DNA of 64,000 bases from Neophaeotheca triangularis (Eukaryota), in NCBI GenBank assembly GCA_054600435.1, contig BAAIJX010000040.1:1-64000 (forward strand). Direction: 5' to 3'. Under the pieces are notes generated by a model. It saw only the letters and a program-made list of their open reading frames with translations, made no database searches and had not been told where the DNA came from. Positions 36,230 through 47,665 of the stretch are shown piece by piece (position 1 is the stretch's first letter; each line of letters starts with the position of its first letter). A program made the position numbers and the translations under genes.

Positions 36230-37267
36230 TTTTAATCTGGTTTGGTGGATGGAGGGGACCGAGGGGTAAGGGGGTGATGGGTGAGCTGGTGGTAGGATGG
36301 GGGGTTCTTTTCTTAAGAGCGAGTGGTTCTTCTTGTAGCGAGAGTGGTTGCGGAGAGAGAGAGAGAGTGATGGTGGAGCGGGAGGGCTCAGAAGTGAGTT
36401 TATAAAGTCGCTCTTATCGCCGGGTTTCGTACTGAACCTTCGGACTTGCGGGATGGATATCTGTAGCTTTGGACCCTCGCGAGTATCTGCTTGTTTGCAT
36501 GCACGGTCTGAGGGAGTCTCTTTGGCCGGGAGCCAGTCGATTCGTTTCTCGCAGCAGCAGCAAAGTGCTGTTCCAAAAGTCTGGCTCATGGAAGCGGCAT
36601 GGCTAGCAGTGTCGATCTTGATAGTCGTTGATACTTGTACCGTGCATACCACGTTGCCGAGGAAAGGCAACGAACAAGACGGCAGCTTGGTGACATGTGG
36701 TCTGCTTCAACGTTCCGGGTTGCTTTTGCTTTTGCAGTAGTTCTCTGCGTGCCCAGCGATCGACAGTAGTAGTAAGTCGTGCGTGACATGTCTCGCCCGT
36801 TGGTCCAGTCGGTTTACGCATCGAGAGCATGAGCATGCAGGTGAGGTTGCAACTGCCTTTGGAAGTGGGGTCTTTCCTGGGGTCGCGTCCGGGGGCTTGC
36901 CTTGATTAGGCAAGTCCGGTTAGGTTGCTTTCAATGGAAAGTTACATTGGGTTTGAGAGCGTTATCGTCGTGTGGATTATTGTTTGCTTTTAGTGGATGC
37001 AGGGTCAGGGCTGTGTGACCGTCTTCCAGATTGTTGGCGTGGGATACGTTAATGAGTCGAAAGAGGCAATAACATGACCATCGATATAGAGTCAACACAT
37101 TCGGTCAGCTTTTGTTGGTGAGTTCACTTGAGGCATGATGGCATATCTCAGCTAACCGGTTTACAGAAAAAGCCGGCCAACGGAGCGCGTATAAGATAGA
37201 TCATCTCACAACGTGTCATCAGAAGCCTTGCACACCACAACAAAAGCCCTCAATCGGATGGAAGAAG

Positions 37268-38210
37268 ATGCAATCAGCCAACCGAATACAGGAGTCCGGC
37301 CAATACCAGACCATATCCGACTACCTCACAACCCAGAATGCCTCTTTGGACGACTACATCGAAGCCTTCGCCGCCCCAGTCGAGCAACAAATTACCACTG
37401 GCGAAGACGAATCGCAGATGGAAGCGGCTCTCTGGCAATGTTGGCAAGCCGTGACCCATCTAGCAGCACAAACTCCTCACTCCTCACCAGGCCGACGACG
37501 GCTCGTGGACTTTGTCCTGCACTTACAACAGCGACCTGACGTATTGCAGAACAACCAGCCATGCAAAGTCTGGGACGCCGTAGTCTGGCGCGATCTACCA
37601 GTCTTCGGGGCCCAGATGCGGGAAAGCTGGAATTTCAGTACGTCTCCCCAACTCCCACACCCTCGCCCTTCAACCAAGCAACCCCCCCTCCCCGATAGCC
37701 CAGCTACCTCAGCTTCCGCAAGCTAACCAACCCAAAGCCAACACCCCCGAACCCAAACAACTCAACCTCAACGCCTTCGCGGCAACGCTCCTCCACCAAG
37801 CCCACCAAGCACCACCACCACCACCCCAATCTGCCTTGCCCGACCTCTCTCTCCACGCCCTCTGGACCCTCCGCGCCGCTCTCGAAGAAAGCCCAGAACC
37901 CTCGCCCCCCTGGCTGAAGTCCGCGGCCCTCTGGCTCATCCACGCAGCCCCTACCCTCCGCGCCCTGAGCGCCGAGGGCAGAATTTTCCAAGGCAAGCTC
38001 GCGCGTGCCGGCGATGGCGTGCGTGAGAGGTTTCCAGAGTGGCGGGGGTTTTCGATGGAGCGGTGGGAGTTCTGGAAGGGGGAGATGAGGGGCCAGCGGA
38101 AGCGGGTGGTTGAGAGGCTTAGGAGTGGGGGCGGGGGCGGAGGTGCGGGTGATGAGGTGGTTGAGTTTGCCGAGAGGGCGGTTGAGGCTATGCAGGGGGC
38201 GGTGGGGTGA
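37268..38210 (+). CDS. DUF3632-family fungal protein
   Basis: Exons 37268-37637 and 37738-38210 (GTACGT...GCTAAC...AAG). Motifs VWRDLPVFGAQMRESWN, LNLNAFAA, ALWTLRAALE, AALWLIHA and GFSMERWEFWK. Confidence 0.82.
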
Positions 38211-38434
38211 TGTTGCTTTTCGCCTGAGGGGAGGTTCTGGGCTTTGTTTCTTAGGGAGATTGCTTGGGACTTGAGATGCGATTAGGCTGTGGCAGCTTGC
38301 AAGCCGATATACCGCGGTATTGGAACTGTTATCGCGAAAGCGATTGCATGGAAATCAAATCGGACAGCCGAAGGAACTAGTATATCAACCAATCCAAATC
38401 ACCCTTTCTTTAACCCCCCAAGCCAACCCCATCC

Positions 38435-41239
38435 TTACTTCCTCGCCCACCCAACCAAACACCTCCACCCCGCTCCGCCACGACCAGCTTCCTCAAGCGC
38501 TCTAGCAACCCCCTCCAGACACCTGTCCTCACTCTTCCCCATCTCAAGACCCAATTTCAGAACCCATTGCTCCCAGAGCCTTGCACCTACCAATCCCGTC
38601 ACCGCGCGAACGGAGTGAGTGCTGCCATGCACCGCTGCCTCCGACGCATCAACAACGGAGCCATGTGGGCCGATTGTGCGCTCGGGTTCGCGGGAAGGGG
38701 GAGTGGCATCAGGGGTGGCGGCGGCGGTGGTGTTGAGAGACGTCTTTCCCGCGTCCGTCCACCGGGGCACCACGTCCGCAGCCGGCAGGACCAGCCAAGC
38801 GCGTTTGATCTCTCGGAAGCCAGCGCGTTTGAGCCGGGGCAGGAAGGTCTTGCCCGCGGCTGGGTCGTAGCCGCGGGTGCGGAGGTTGAAAGCGAATTCG
38901 ACGCCGAGGGCGCGGGTGTGGCTGGTGGGAGTGCAAGAGATTTCGGGGTGCACGAGCTCGGCGTCGAGGAGGTCGAATTCGAGGAAGCCATTGGGCTTGA
39001 GGGTGCGGAGGCACTCGCGGAGGGTGAGGTCGTATTCGTCGGCGTCAGAGGGAGTGGGGTTGTGGGTTTTGGTCAGACGGAGGTGCGTGTAGAGGTTGCG
39101 GGCGGAGATCACGTCGAAGTGATTGTCGGGGAAGGGCAGGTTCCAGGGCTGGGGGGCCGTGACGACGGTGTGGTTTGGGGGGCCTTCGAGGGCCGAGAGG
39201 GCGACATGGGCTTCGGCGTCGGAGGAGACGGTGGTAGTGACGGAGGCCGAGGGGTGCGCGAGCGCCACGTCCCAAGCCCAGGAGCAGTGAACTTGGCCGC
39301 TGAGGTCGAGGATGCGGACGTCGCGGCGGGTTTTGAATGTTTGTACAATCGGGCTCGTAAGCAGTTTGCCGCCGTGAACTTCTTTAGAAGCGGAGACGGA
39401 CCATGAGCTGGGGCCTAGCTGTTCGAGAGCTTGTCTTTCACGCTCGGCGCTGGCGATGAGTTCGGCTTTCTCGTCCTCGGTAGCGACTGGTAGGAACGTC
39501 GAAATCGGTCTTGAGGGTGCTGGGCGATCGGTTTTGGTAATTTCGTACTTTCCCTGGAGCTGGTTTAGGTGGTGTTGTTGACAGCTTACTCGCTGAACGT
39601 GAGCTGCTTCTGCGCGAGCCTGACGATGTTGGAACACATCCCGTGCGCGCTGTGAGCGATTAGTGTGACGCCAGGCTTCCCAAAAAGTACCATCATGGAT
39701 AGGTGAGATACGCTTGGGTGCAGGTGGCGTGTCGGCCTTCGCATCTGGATTGGCTGAGGCATCTGCAAAGCGGACCGACTTTTTACTCGGGCTGTAGTCA
39801 GCAGAAGCCTCCGAAGGCTGCTCAGGAGTCTTTGGCACGGCATCTGCGACATCTTTGAAGCTGTCTGTGACGTCTTCGTCATCTTTACTTATCTCGACCA
39901 TGTAGTCAGTTTGCATGCTCAGCCAGAGTTGCGTGCGATCGATATTCGCTATCGCGGTTTGTTTGAGCACGTCATTGTAAGTCTCGTCGATTTCGTCGAC
40001 TTCTTCATCGACTTCTTCGGTCACATCTTTGGGCGAGACGACTCTTCGCGCGGTTAATGGATCTTGTCGTTCGCTCGTAGGGGAGCCGAGTTCGGCGTGC
40101 TGCTCAATGACATCTTCGGATTTAGACCTCCAAGGCACGTCGTAAAATGAGCGCGCTGTACTGGTCGGGGGTGCATTGCTGATATGACTGACGGGCACGG
40201 TCGAAGCGCGATTTGGCTGTCGAAAGGGTACACCATAAAATTCGGTGGCTGTGCTCGTGGTGGGCGCCGGGTCGCTCGACCAGGTGTGTCGGGCTAGAGA
40301 AGAGTCCAGGGATGAGAAGAATCCGCCTGGAGATGGCACGGATAACGCTGAGAGTTCATCTTCGGGGTCTTCGGGTTCTGGAGCTGGCTCGAGGTTCTTG
40401 CTATCGATCCGCAACCGACTGGTGAGTGGCCCAGAATCAACAACCTCACTCATTTCCTGCGTGATTTCTTCAGGAACTTCTAGGACTGTCTCCAGCTGCT
40501 GCTGGTCCTCTCGCGGTTGAATGTGATGCAAGAGCTCCTCCGCGAAAGGATGCAGCTGGATCGGTGCCTCCCAACCTCGATCCTCCTCGACCTGTGGGAT
40601 ATCTGGCGTCGATGGACAGCTCGACAGTGCCAGCTCCTCGCTCGTGATGCTGCCGTCCAGGCTTGGCGTTGAAGACGTACTGGGAAGTCGCTTGCTGCTG
40701 TTCCGAAACTGAGACGCGACTGCCGGTGAAAGATGAACATAGGCAGGGGGCGAAAGTGGCGTGACCCCTGATCTGAGTTTCTCGATAGTCGGCCACTGAC
40801 CGGGGCTAGGAATCACAAGGGAAGGGTAGCGCTTTGGTTTGGTATTCACGACTCGCTTCTTCACAGAACCAGAAAGCTTGAATGGGAGCTCTTCTCCATC
40901 GCTGTCTGTAAGGTCGTAGAGTTCGTCGAATTCGCTCTTTGAGCTGCCCTTGCTCCAGGTAGAACTTATGTCGCTCTGGGTGTCGCTCGAAGCCGGGCTG
41001 GTCGGTGCGTCTTCGACTGGTATGTAGGGGGGGTTTCCTTTGGGCGTCGGAAAGTCATCACTCATAGGTGAAGTGACATTGAGTCGATCTTGGGGCATCT
41101 GAGGTGGTGCTCTGCGCACAGATATTTGAGGTGCGTCTTCAATTACAGTATTACGTGTATGTAGTCCAGGCCTACTACGATCCAGCGTAGTGGCGGCCGA
41201 GTCCGCTTGCGTTAGTTGGGATGCCATTTTTGTGGGCAT
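38435..41239 (-). CDS. Large protein: disordered Ser/Pro-rich N-terminus and C-terminal class I SAM-dependent methyltransferase-like fold
   Basis: 934-codon ORF; ILDLSG, LPFPDNHFDVISARNL and LRECLRTLKPNGFLEF motifs. Confidence 0.8.
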   Translation of the reverse strand: MPTKMASQLTQADSAATTLDRSRPGLHTRNTVIEDAPQISVRRAPPQMPQDRLNVTSPMSDDFPTPKGNPPYIPVEDAPTSPASSDTQSDISSTWSKGSSKSEFDELYDLTDSDGEELPFKLSGSVKKRVVNTKPKRYPSLVIPSPGQWPTIEKLRSGVTPLSPPAYVHLSPAVASQFRNSSKRLPSTSSTPSLDGSITSEELALSSCPSTPDIPQVEEDRGWEAPIQLHPFAEELLHHIQPREDQQQLETVLEVPEEITQEMSEVVDSGPLTSRLRIDSKNLEPAPEPEDPEDELSALSVPSPGGFFSSLDSSLARHTWSSDPAPTTSTATEFYGVPFRQPNRASTVPVSHISNAPPTSTARSFYDVPWRSKSEDVIEQHAELGSPTSERQDPLTARRVVSPKDVTEEVDEEVDEIDETYNDVLKQTAIANIDRTQLWLSMQTDYMVEISKDDEDVTDSFKDVADAVPKTPEQPSEASADYSPSKKSVRFADASANPDAKADTPPAPKRISPIHDGTFWEAWRHTNRSQRARDVFQHRQARAEAAHVQRVSCQQHHLNQLQGKYEITKTDRPAPSRPISTFLPVATEDEKAELIASAERERQALEQLGPSSWSVSASKEVHGGKLLTSPIVQTFKTRRDVRILDLSGQVHCSWAWDVALAHPSASVTTTVSSDAEAHVALSALEGPPNHTVVTAPQPWNLPFPDNHFDVISARNLYTHLRLTKTHNPTPSDADEYDLTLRECLRTLKPNGFLEFDLLDAELVHPEISCTPTSHTRALGVEFAFNLRTRGYDPAAGKTFLPRLKRAGFREIKRAWLVLPAADVVPRWTDAGKTSLNTTAAATPDATPPSREPERTIGPHGSVVDASEAAVHGSTHSVRAVTGLVGARLWEQWVLKLGLEMGKSEDRCLEGVARALEEAGRGGAGWRCLVGWARK

Positions 41240-42211
41240 TGTGATGGTGAAAATTTTGGCTTGTTCTGGTGGGAGTAAATGGCCGTGAGGTAATTATTCT
41301 ATAACCCGACCAGCGGGGCGAAACGAAGAGAAGTATGGCTTCGATCAACGATGCCTCTTTCCCGAAATGCGGATGTTGTAAGACAAGCAAGTAAAGGATA
41401 GAGGACGACAGAGCAAAGAAGAGAACGACCACGCAGCCCGACAAACAGAAACGGAAGCAGCAATGAAGTGGAATGATGCGCCAGGGAGGATGATGCGGCA
41501 CAGCTCCCTTATACAAACCAACCTGGTCTCTCCTACGTCGCCCTAGCCGGCGTCTTCGTGCTGCTGAGGCGGCTAACGAGGCTCCATCACCTCGGTCTGC
41601 CTATACTAAACGGTCAACGGCAGCACCAGAATAGAGCCTCGATATTGCCCTAGGCTGCGAGTCAATCACGTTCGACTTGCAGCGGCCTCTGGTAGCGGTC
41701 GCAGACTGTAGGATCCATCGAATGGCTGGCGATGCGCTGAGGGAAATAAGAAACAATGCCGCGCCGAGGCCTTGTTCGAGATGGGCGGTTACAGCTCAGC
41801 CAATCCAAGGCCGAAGTTGAGGATACACGGCATATTGGGTCAATTCAATAGTGCGAGCGTCTCGCTTTTATAGATTGCAGAAGGATTACCGAGGTCGTCA
41901 GGGACGCTCTTCGAAGGTTGGATGCGTGCTCAAGATCTTTACGGGTGATCGGGTTGGCAGTGGGAAGAAGGTGAGAGAGGACTGGTGAGGTCGGATACCC
42001 AAGTCAAGCTTCCCTTCCGAAGCCGAAGCCGGCCATGTGGTCCACGGGTGCCCAGGTCGTGTCATTGGTCAGCATGACGTCGCAGCATACAGCAAAGCCA
42101 AAAAGATTAAGGTACCTTAGGTAGAGGATCAAACCAAACAGTTTGTTGACAACTGCAGTTGGAACATCTCTCTAAAGCTTTGTTTTGACCAAAGGAAAAC
42201 TATCATCCACC

Positions 42212-43122
42212 ATGGCACCCTCAGCGATCATAGCCCCTTCCATCCTAAGCGCAGACTTCGGCGCCCTGGGCAAAGCATGCTCCGACACGATCAACCAAGG
42301 CGCCGACTGGCTACACGTGGACATTATGGACGGGCACTTTGTTCCCAACATGACCTTTGGCGCACCCGTCGTGACCAAGATTCGCAACCACGTGGATAGG
42401 CCCAGCCAAGCAATGGGAAAAGGCACCTTCGACTGCCACATGATGATTGCTGAGGTATGATACTACCGCATGAGAAGAAACATGGGGGGAAGGTCAGGAG
42501 AGATGCTTGGAGTGCGGGAGAGTTGACACAGGCTGACTGTTGGAACTTTTGTCCCAGTAGCCGAAGAAATGGGTCAAGGATTTTAAAAAGGCGGGATGCG
42601 ATTTGTATTGCTTTCACTACGAGGCTGCAGTCAATTCGACCGCGGCTGAGTCGCCTGAGGGAAAAAGCGAGCAGAAGACGAGCCCGAAGGAGATGATCAG
42701 ATATATCCACGGCCAGGAGATGAGGGCGGGTATCGCTATCAAACCCGGAACGGAGGTGGATGTGCTTTACGATATTCTCGACAACGACAACAACGAGGAA
42801 GTGCCTGATGTACGTTCGACGCCGAGTATACATGGTACACGCCTAGACTGACAGACAATAATAGATGGTCCTTGTGATGACGGTAGAGCCGGGTTTCGGC
42901 GGGCAGAGCTTCATGGCCGACATGATGCCCAAGGTGCAAACGCTACGGAAACGATACCCAAACCTCAACATCGAGGTCGATGGCGGGCTTAGCGAGAAGA
43001 CGATTGATACTGCGGCGGATGCTGGCGCTAATGTAATTGTAGCCGGCAGCGCGGTTTTCGGCGCCAAAGACCCATCGGATGTGATACGGAAACTGCGAGA
43101 GTCGGTTGAGTCGAGGAATTGA
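42212..43122 (+). CDS. RPE1: D-ribulose-5-phosphate 3-epimerase
   Basis: Exons 42212-42454, 42561-42809 and 42865-43122. [43 protein letters not shown] and VAGSAVF motifs. Confidence 0.96.
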
Positions 43123-43703
43123 CTGCAGGATAGTAAGCTGTAGGGAAGTCTGATTGAATTTGATGCTATTCGGATGTTGAATGCGACGAGGTGATGTAGA
43201 GAGAGAGAGCCTTGCATTTCCAGACGACAAGATCGAATGAACGAATGAGGGATGACAAACTTGGCGGTGTAGACCGGTTGACAGTTAGATCATGCTCAAA
43301 GGTAGCGTTAGTGGCTTTCGAAACTCCATGTCTGCTGCTTGTTGAAGCGCGATGACTTGGTTTCCATACCGTCTCCCCGAGTGCGTGCCCGAGACAGACG
43401 GTGAAGGAAGGTTTGATATGGAATGCACAGCCAGCACATCCGACGGGTCCCGATATGCGGGTTGAACAATGTTCGAGTCATTTGCCTGCCTCGTAGTAAA
43501 GGCAACGCCCTCGCATGGAGAGGCATGAAAGTAAAAGGCATGAACGAAGAGAATCTTAATTCGAACATTGATCGATGTCTTGTGCATGAGAGTAGTTCGA
43601 GATGTGCCACAGCCACATATATGTACTACCTACCTGTACACCTACCTGCCTACAGTACCTTGAGGCTTACAGCATCTGGAACGTGCCGCGCGTGCCTGGA
43701 CTC

Positions 43704-43727
43704 GGCAAGCAAGCAAGCAAGCAAGCA
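43704..43727. repeat. (GCAA)6 microsatellite
   Basis: gcaagcaagcaagcaagcaagcaa, read directly. Confidence 0.85.
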
Positions 43728-44725
43728 AAGGTTAAAACACGACAGGCTCAGGCTGCCCGTTCCGTGGAATAGTACCACGGACTGCCGTTGCAGCAGTACT
43801 TTTCTCAACACAGCATTTTAGTTTTTCGTACAAAAATCAACGACTCGGACGGGATTTGAGGGAATAAGTAAAGATCAGTCTCATGTACCTTATTACTGTA
43901 CTGTACACACTACACAAGTACCTACCTACTACTAGGAACTGATAGTAAGTAGCGTTGGGCGGAAAGCGGCTTCACGGCTTGTATCCGCCGCTCTGCCTTT
44001 ACCTACTAGGTAGTAGTAACGTTAGCTAGTACTACTGTACTAGTAGTTACTACCTTACGGGCATCTGGTCGGCTTCTAGATCAGCATGATGCTCGACCGC
44101 CATCACATCCAACCTTGTCACGCTGCTGTCCTGTTTCCCTACTTTTCTTTTCTCCTAATAAACAAGGTACACGGTGTAACTTCTTACCTCCTCTCCACTC
44201 TCCACCTTCCGCAGTACCCACCACCTCGAGCCCACCTCCGCTATCTCCAGCCAGCTGTGCTACTTCATCTACCCCCAAACCCGCGTCCACCCGAAAAAAG
44301 AAGAATTACGTACCTACGCTACCCCTCGTAAAAAGCCAGCTTCGATACCGCGCACAACGCCTCAATCGGGACTATACGGAGACGCATAAGGCCCAGCAGC
44401 AGCACACGCGACTGTGTAGCAGCCAGTAACCGCTTTGCTTGATACACCTACCCTGTACTGGCCGAGGTGAGAGCTACGCGAAGAGGCCTGGCTGCGCTCG
44501 AGCTGCTCTACAAACAACAGCAAGCACCCGGGGTCCAAAAGTGTCAGTCGCACAGCGTTGGAATTGCTCAACTGCAGTACCACGCCCGCGAGAGTTGTGC
44601 CATATACCTATCACGCGATCCTCTGTCCTTGCCCCAGGCCTAGACGGTCCTTTCAATCTCGAGATTTGAGCGCATGCGCCCTTCCACAGTCTGAGCACTC
44701 TCGGTGAACAGTCCGAACTGTAATA

Positions 44726-46999
44726 ATGTCTTCCTCTCCACCACCACGCAAATTCAAGCCGGAACCCATTGAGACGTCTTCCAAATCCTCGAGGCAGCAA
44801 TCACCGGCAGGTGGCGAGGAGAAGCCGAAACCCAGGCGGTTTGCTCCTGAGCCTGTAGAAACGACCACCAAGAGCTCAAACTCGTCGCGACAGCAGTCAT
44901 TTGAGAGAGGAGGGCCTAGGAAGTTTGCCCCAGAACCTGTAGAAACTAGCTCCAGGAAGAGCTCGGGGCAATACAGACAACGGCAGGTGGCCGAGACTGG
45001 AGAGCTCAAGCCGAGGAAATTCAACGTGCAGCCTGTCGAGACCATGAAGAAGAGCAGCAGAGATAATAAAACCGGTAGTCAAGACGACAAGGCGAAATCC
45101 AAACCAAGACGATTTGCTCCCCAGCTTATGGAGACATCACGAAAGAACTGCAAGGACCGGTTCGACGAAGAGCCGACTAAGCAGAAGTTCAGTCCGCAAC
45201 CTATGGAGACTACATTCAAGAGCAACCGAAAAACACTGGACATGCAAGAGGTGCCAGACATTGCGGTCGAAGACGAGGAGCCCAGGCAGGTGCGGAAATT
45301 CGAGCCCGACTTAATAGATACAGCGACAAGAACACGGAAAGCTGCTGGAAGCAAATCGTCTGCGATTAACAACAAACTCAAGACTGAGCAAGGGTGGGAA
45401 TTGCATGCGAAAGAGCACCGCAAGCATATTGGGCATAACGAAGATGAATCGTCTCAGGTCACGGGATCAGGTGACGGCGGCGTGATCTTGGCAGGACGTG
45501 GCGGCGAAGGTCACATGGCTGCAGCGCAGAGCATCTTTGGCTCCAATGACTTGAAATCGCCAACCTCACCTGGCGGTCACCGGCGACAGTCTTCAAGTAG
45601 TATGAGAAGCCACAGTTTCCGGATGCCTGAGTTGGATACCATTGAGAGTTCGGAGAGTGAGCGCGAGTCTTCGGCCTCGTCTGTTTCGGTTAGCCCGGTG
45701 CAGGGTTCTCCACTCACGACGTCTGATTCGTCGTATCAAGAGGTGTACAAGCACGCGACAAGGCGTCGCGAGAGTGTTGACGAGACCTTTGGCTCATACT
45801 TGCTGCAACTAGAAGCGAAGAGGATGGAGCAACGAATGCAGGAGCAGGCATTGGCCGCGTTTCCCAACTCAGACTTCCACGAACCGGTGCAGCATTATGT
45901 CGACGAGGACAAGGAGAGTGACTCGATGGAGCTGGATGATCGGCCTACAACATGGGAAGGCCATGAGGAGTTCTTTGAAAGGGCACGACGAGAAAGCACG
46001 GCAAATTGGGAACACCTCGAAATGCAAAAGCACGCCGAGAAGATGTCCGAAGACCGCAGAACAGGCGTGCCACTGAATAGAGAACCCACGACGAAGCAGT
46101 CTCAATCACCATGGTGGAACGACTTTTCAGCAGCTGACGCGGACAGAGAGTTGAAGTCGATGCAACAAGGTGCCAGACCGCCGATGCTAGGTAGCGACCT
46201 GCGCTTCCCACGTTGTCCATCCCCCGAGCCCGCTCGTTTCGATGTAACCCAGGGCTCGACCAAACTCCGCAACCAAATGTGCTACCTCACTGAACACGTC
46301 GAATCAAGCCAACACAACACGGACGAAGGCGGTCTCTGGGCAAATCGAAGCCCACAGAGCACACAGTCGACCGGCAAAGGCCTTTGGGGCGGTTTCTGCT
46401 TCGACGACGGCGAGGATCAGCACGCTTCCGGCAGCCACCTGAGCGTAGGACCCCCACAAGGCCCGACCGGCCTAATGACACCCCGCACCGAGACCTCCAA
46501 CCCCTTCGAAGCCTCCTTCGCTGTGCCAGGGACCCAACAAACCGGACCCGGTCTCAAAACCCCACCAGCGCCAGGTGCCAACCACTCCGAACACGCCGGC
46601 CACCTCGACAGCATCCTCCGCGCCGAGCGCGAACTCGACCAAGTCATGGCACACGATTACCCTGACTCTTTCATCACCCAAGTCTTCAACTACCTCTCCC
46701 TCGGCTACCCAACCTTGGCGCGACGTTTCGATGACGAGCTCGCGAAAATCAGCCAGATCCCTGTCGCGCAGCTGCGGGAGGATGATGGCAAGGCCAAGAC
46801 CGCTCCCAAGGGGTATATACGGCTCGGAACGGATTTCGAGGGGGGTGGTGGTGATGGAATGGAGGAGGTCGATAGTGTAAGGTGGAAGGCGCTGAAGAGG
46901 TATATCCGGGAATGGGCCAAGCAGGAGAAGGACATGGTGAGTGTAGAGGCTTTTGGCGGTTTCGGCACTGGTGCCAGGAGGGGCAGTTGGGCTTTGTAA
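44726..46999 (+). CDS. Uncharacterised protein with an N-terminal repeated motif and a folded-looking C-terminal domain
   Basis: 757-codon ORF; 7 copies of [RK]FxP[EQ]PxET; C-terminal FITQVFNYLSLGYP...RWKALKRYIREWA block. Confidence 0.85.
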   Translation: MSSSPPPRKFKPEPIETSSKSSRQQSPAGGEEKPKPRRFAPEPVETTTKSSNSSRQQSFERGGPRKFAPEPVETSSRKSSGQYRQRQVAETGELKPRKFNVQPVETMKKSSRDNKTGSQDDKAKSKPRRFAPQLMETSRKNCKDRFDEEPTKQKFSPQPMETTFKSNRKTLDMQEVPDIAVEDEEPRQVRKFEPDLIDTATRTRKAAGSKSSAINNKLKTEQGWELHAKEHRKHIGHNEDESSQVTGSGDGGVILAGRGGEGHMAAAQSIFGSNDLKSPTSPGGHRRQSSSSMRSHSFRMPELDTIESSESERESSASSVSVSPVQGSPLTTSDSSYQEVYKHATRRRESVDETFGSYLLQLEAKRMEQRMQEQALAAFPNSDFHEPVQHYVDEDKESDSMELDDRPTTWEGHEEFFERARRESTANWEHLEMQKHAEKMSEDRRTGVPLNREPTTKQSQSPWWNDFSAADADRELKSMQQGARPPMLGSDLRFPRCPSPEPARFDVTQGSTKLRNQMCYLTEHVESSQHNTDEGGLWANRSPQSTQSTGKGLWGGFCFDDGEDQHASGSHLSVGPPQGPTGLMTPRTETSNPFEASFAVPGTQQTGPGLKTPPAPGANHSEHAGHLDSILRAERELDQVMAHDYPDSFITQVFNYLSLGYPTLARRFDDELAKISQIPVAQLREDDGKAKTAPKGYIRLGTDFEGGGGDGMEEVDSVRWKALKRYIREWAKQEKDMVSVEAFGGFGTGARRGSWAL

Positions 47000-47665
47000 G
47001 GAGGGGTGGGTTCGTGTTGTTTGGGGGCGCTGCGGGTGGTCGTGTGTTGCGCACTGGCGTTTCAGCTGGTCGTTATAGTTCGGAAAACGGGACGGCAGAC
47101 TACAGGGCCTTGTGTGTCCAGCAAGAGGACCACGCAGACTGACGGCTTAATTTCGCTAACGAGACTGACATATTTATTGCTTACATGGCGAGGCGTTGGG
47201 CGGTGCTTCAAAGGAGTCGTTTGGACGTCCGTTCCCCAGCGGGAAGGAGTTTTGAGAGGGCGCATTTCCCAGCGACAAGCAGTCGAGGTCTGCATATCTG
47301 TACATGTGTATTGCACATGCCGTACGTGCCTATCGTGGAGATACTAATCAATACTTTTGCAACGCCCGTTTTTTAATGATATCTGCTGCTGCTGCTGCTC
47401 CTCTTCAGCTTCTGATGTTGGGCATCCCGAATTTCGGACCGGCTTTTGAGAACCTGTGACATCACCCCTAAACACATCAGTGGATGAATGCCGAATCGAC
47501 TAACCGACAGCTACAGCAGCTCGAGTCTGCCAAAACAAGCCCTACCCACCACCACCACTCCCACAATGCAAACCTTCCCGCCAAACTCCTCCCTCCTACA
47601 TCACTACCACCACAACCACAACCACCCAACATAACCTAAACTCCGTCCGTCTCAACACAGCCAAA

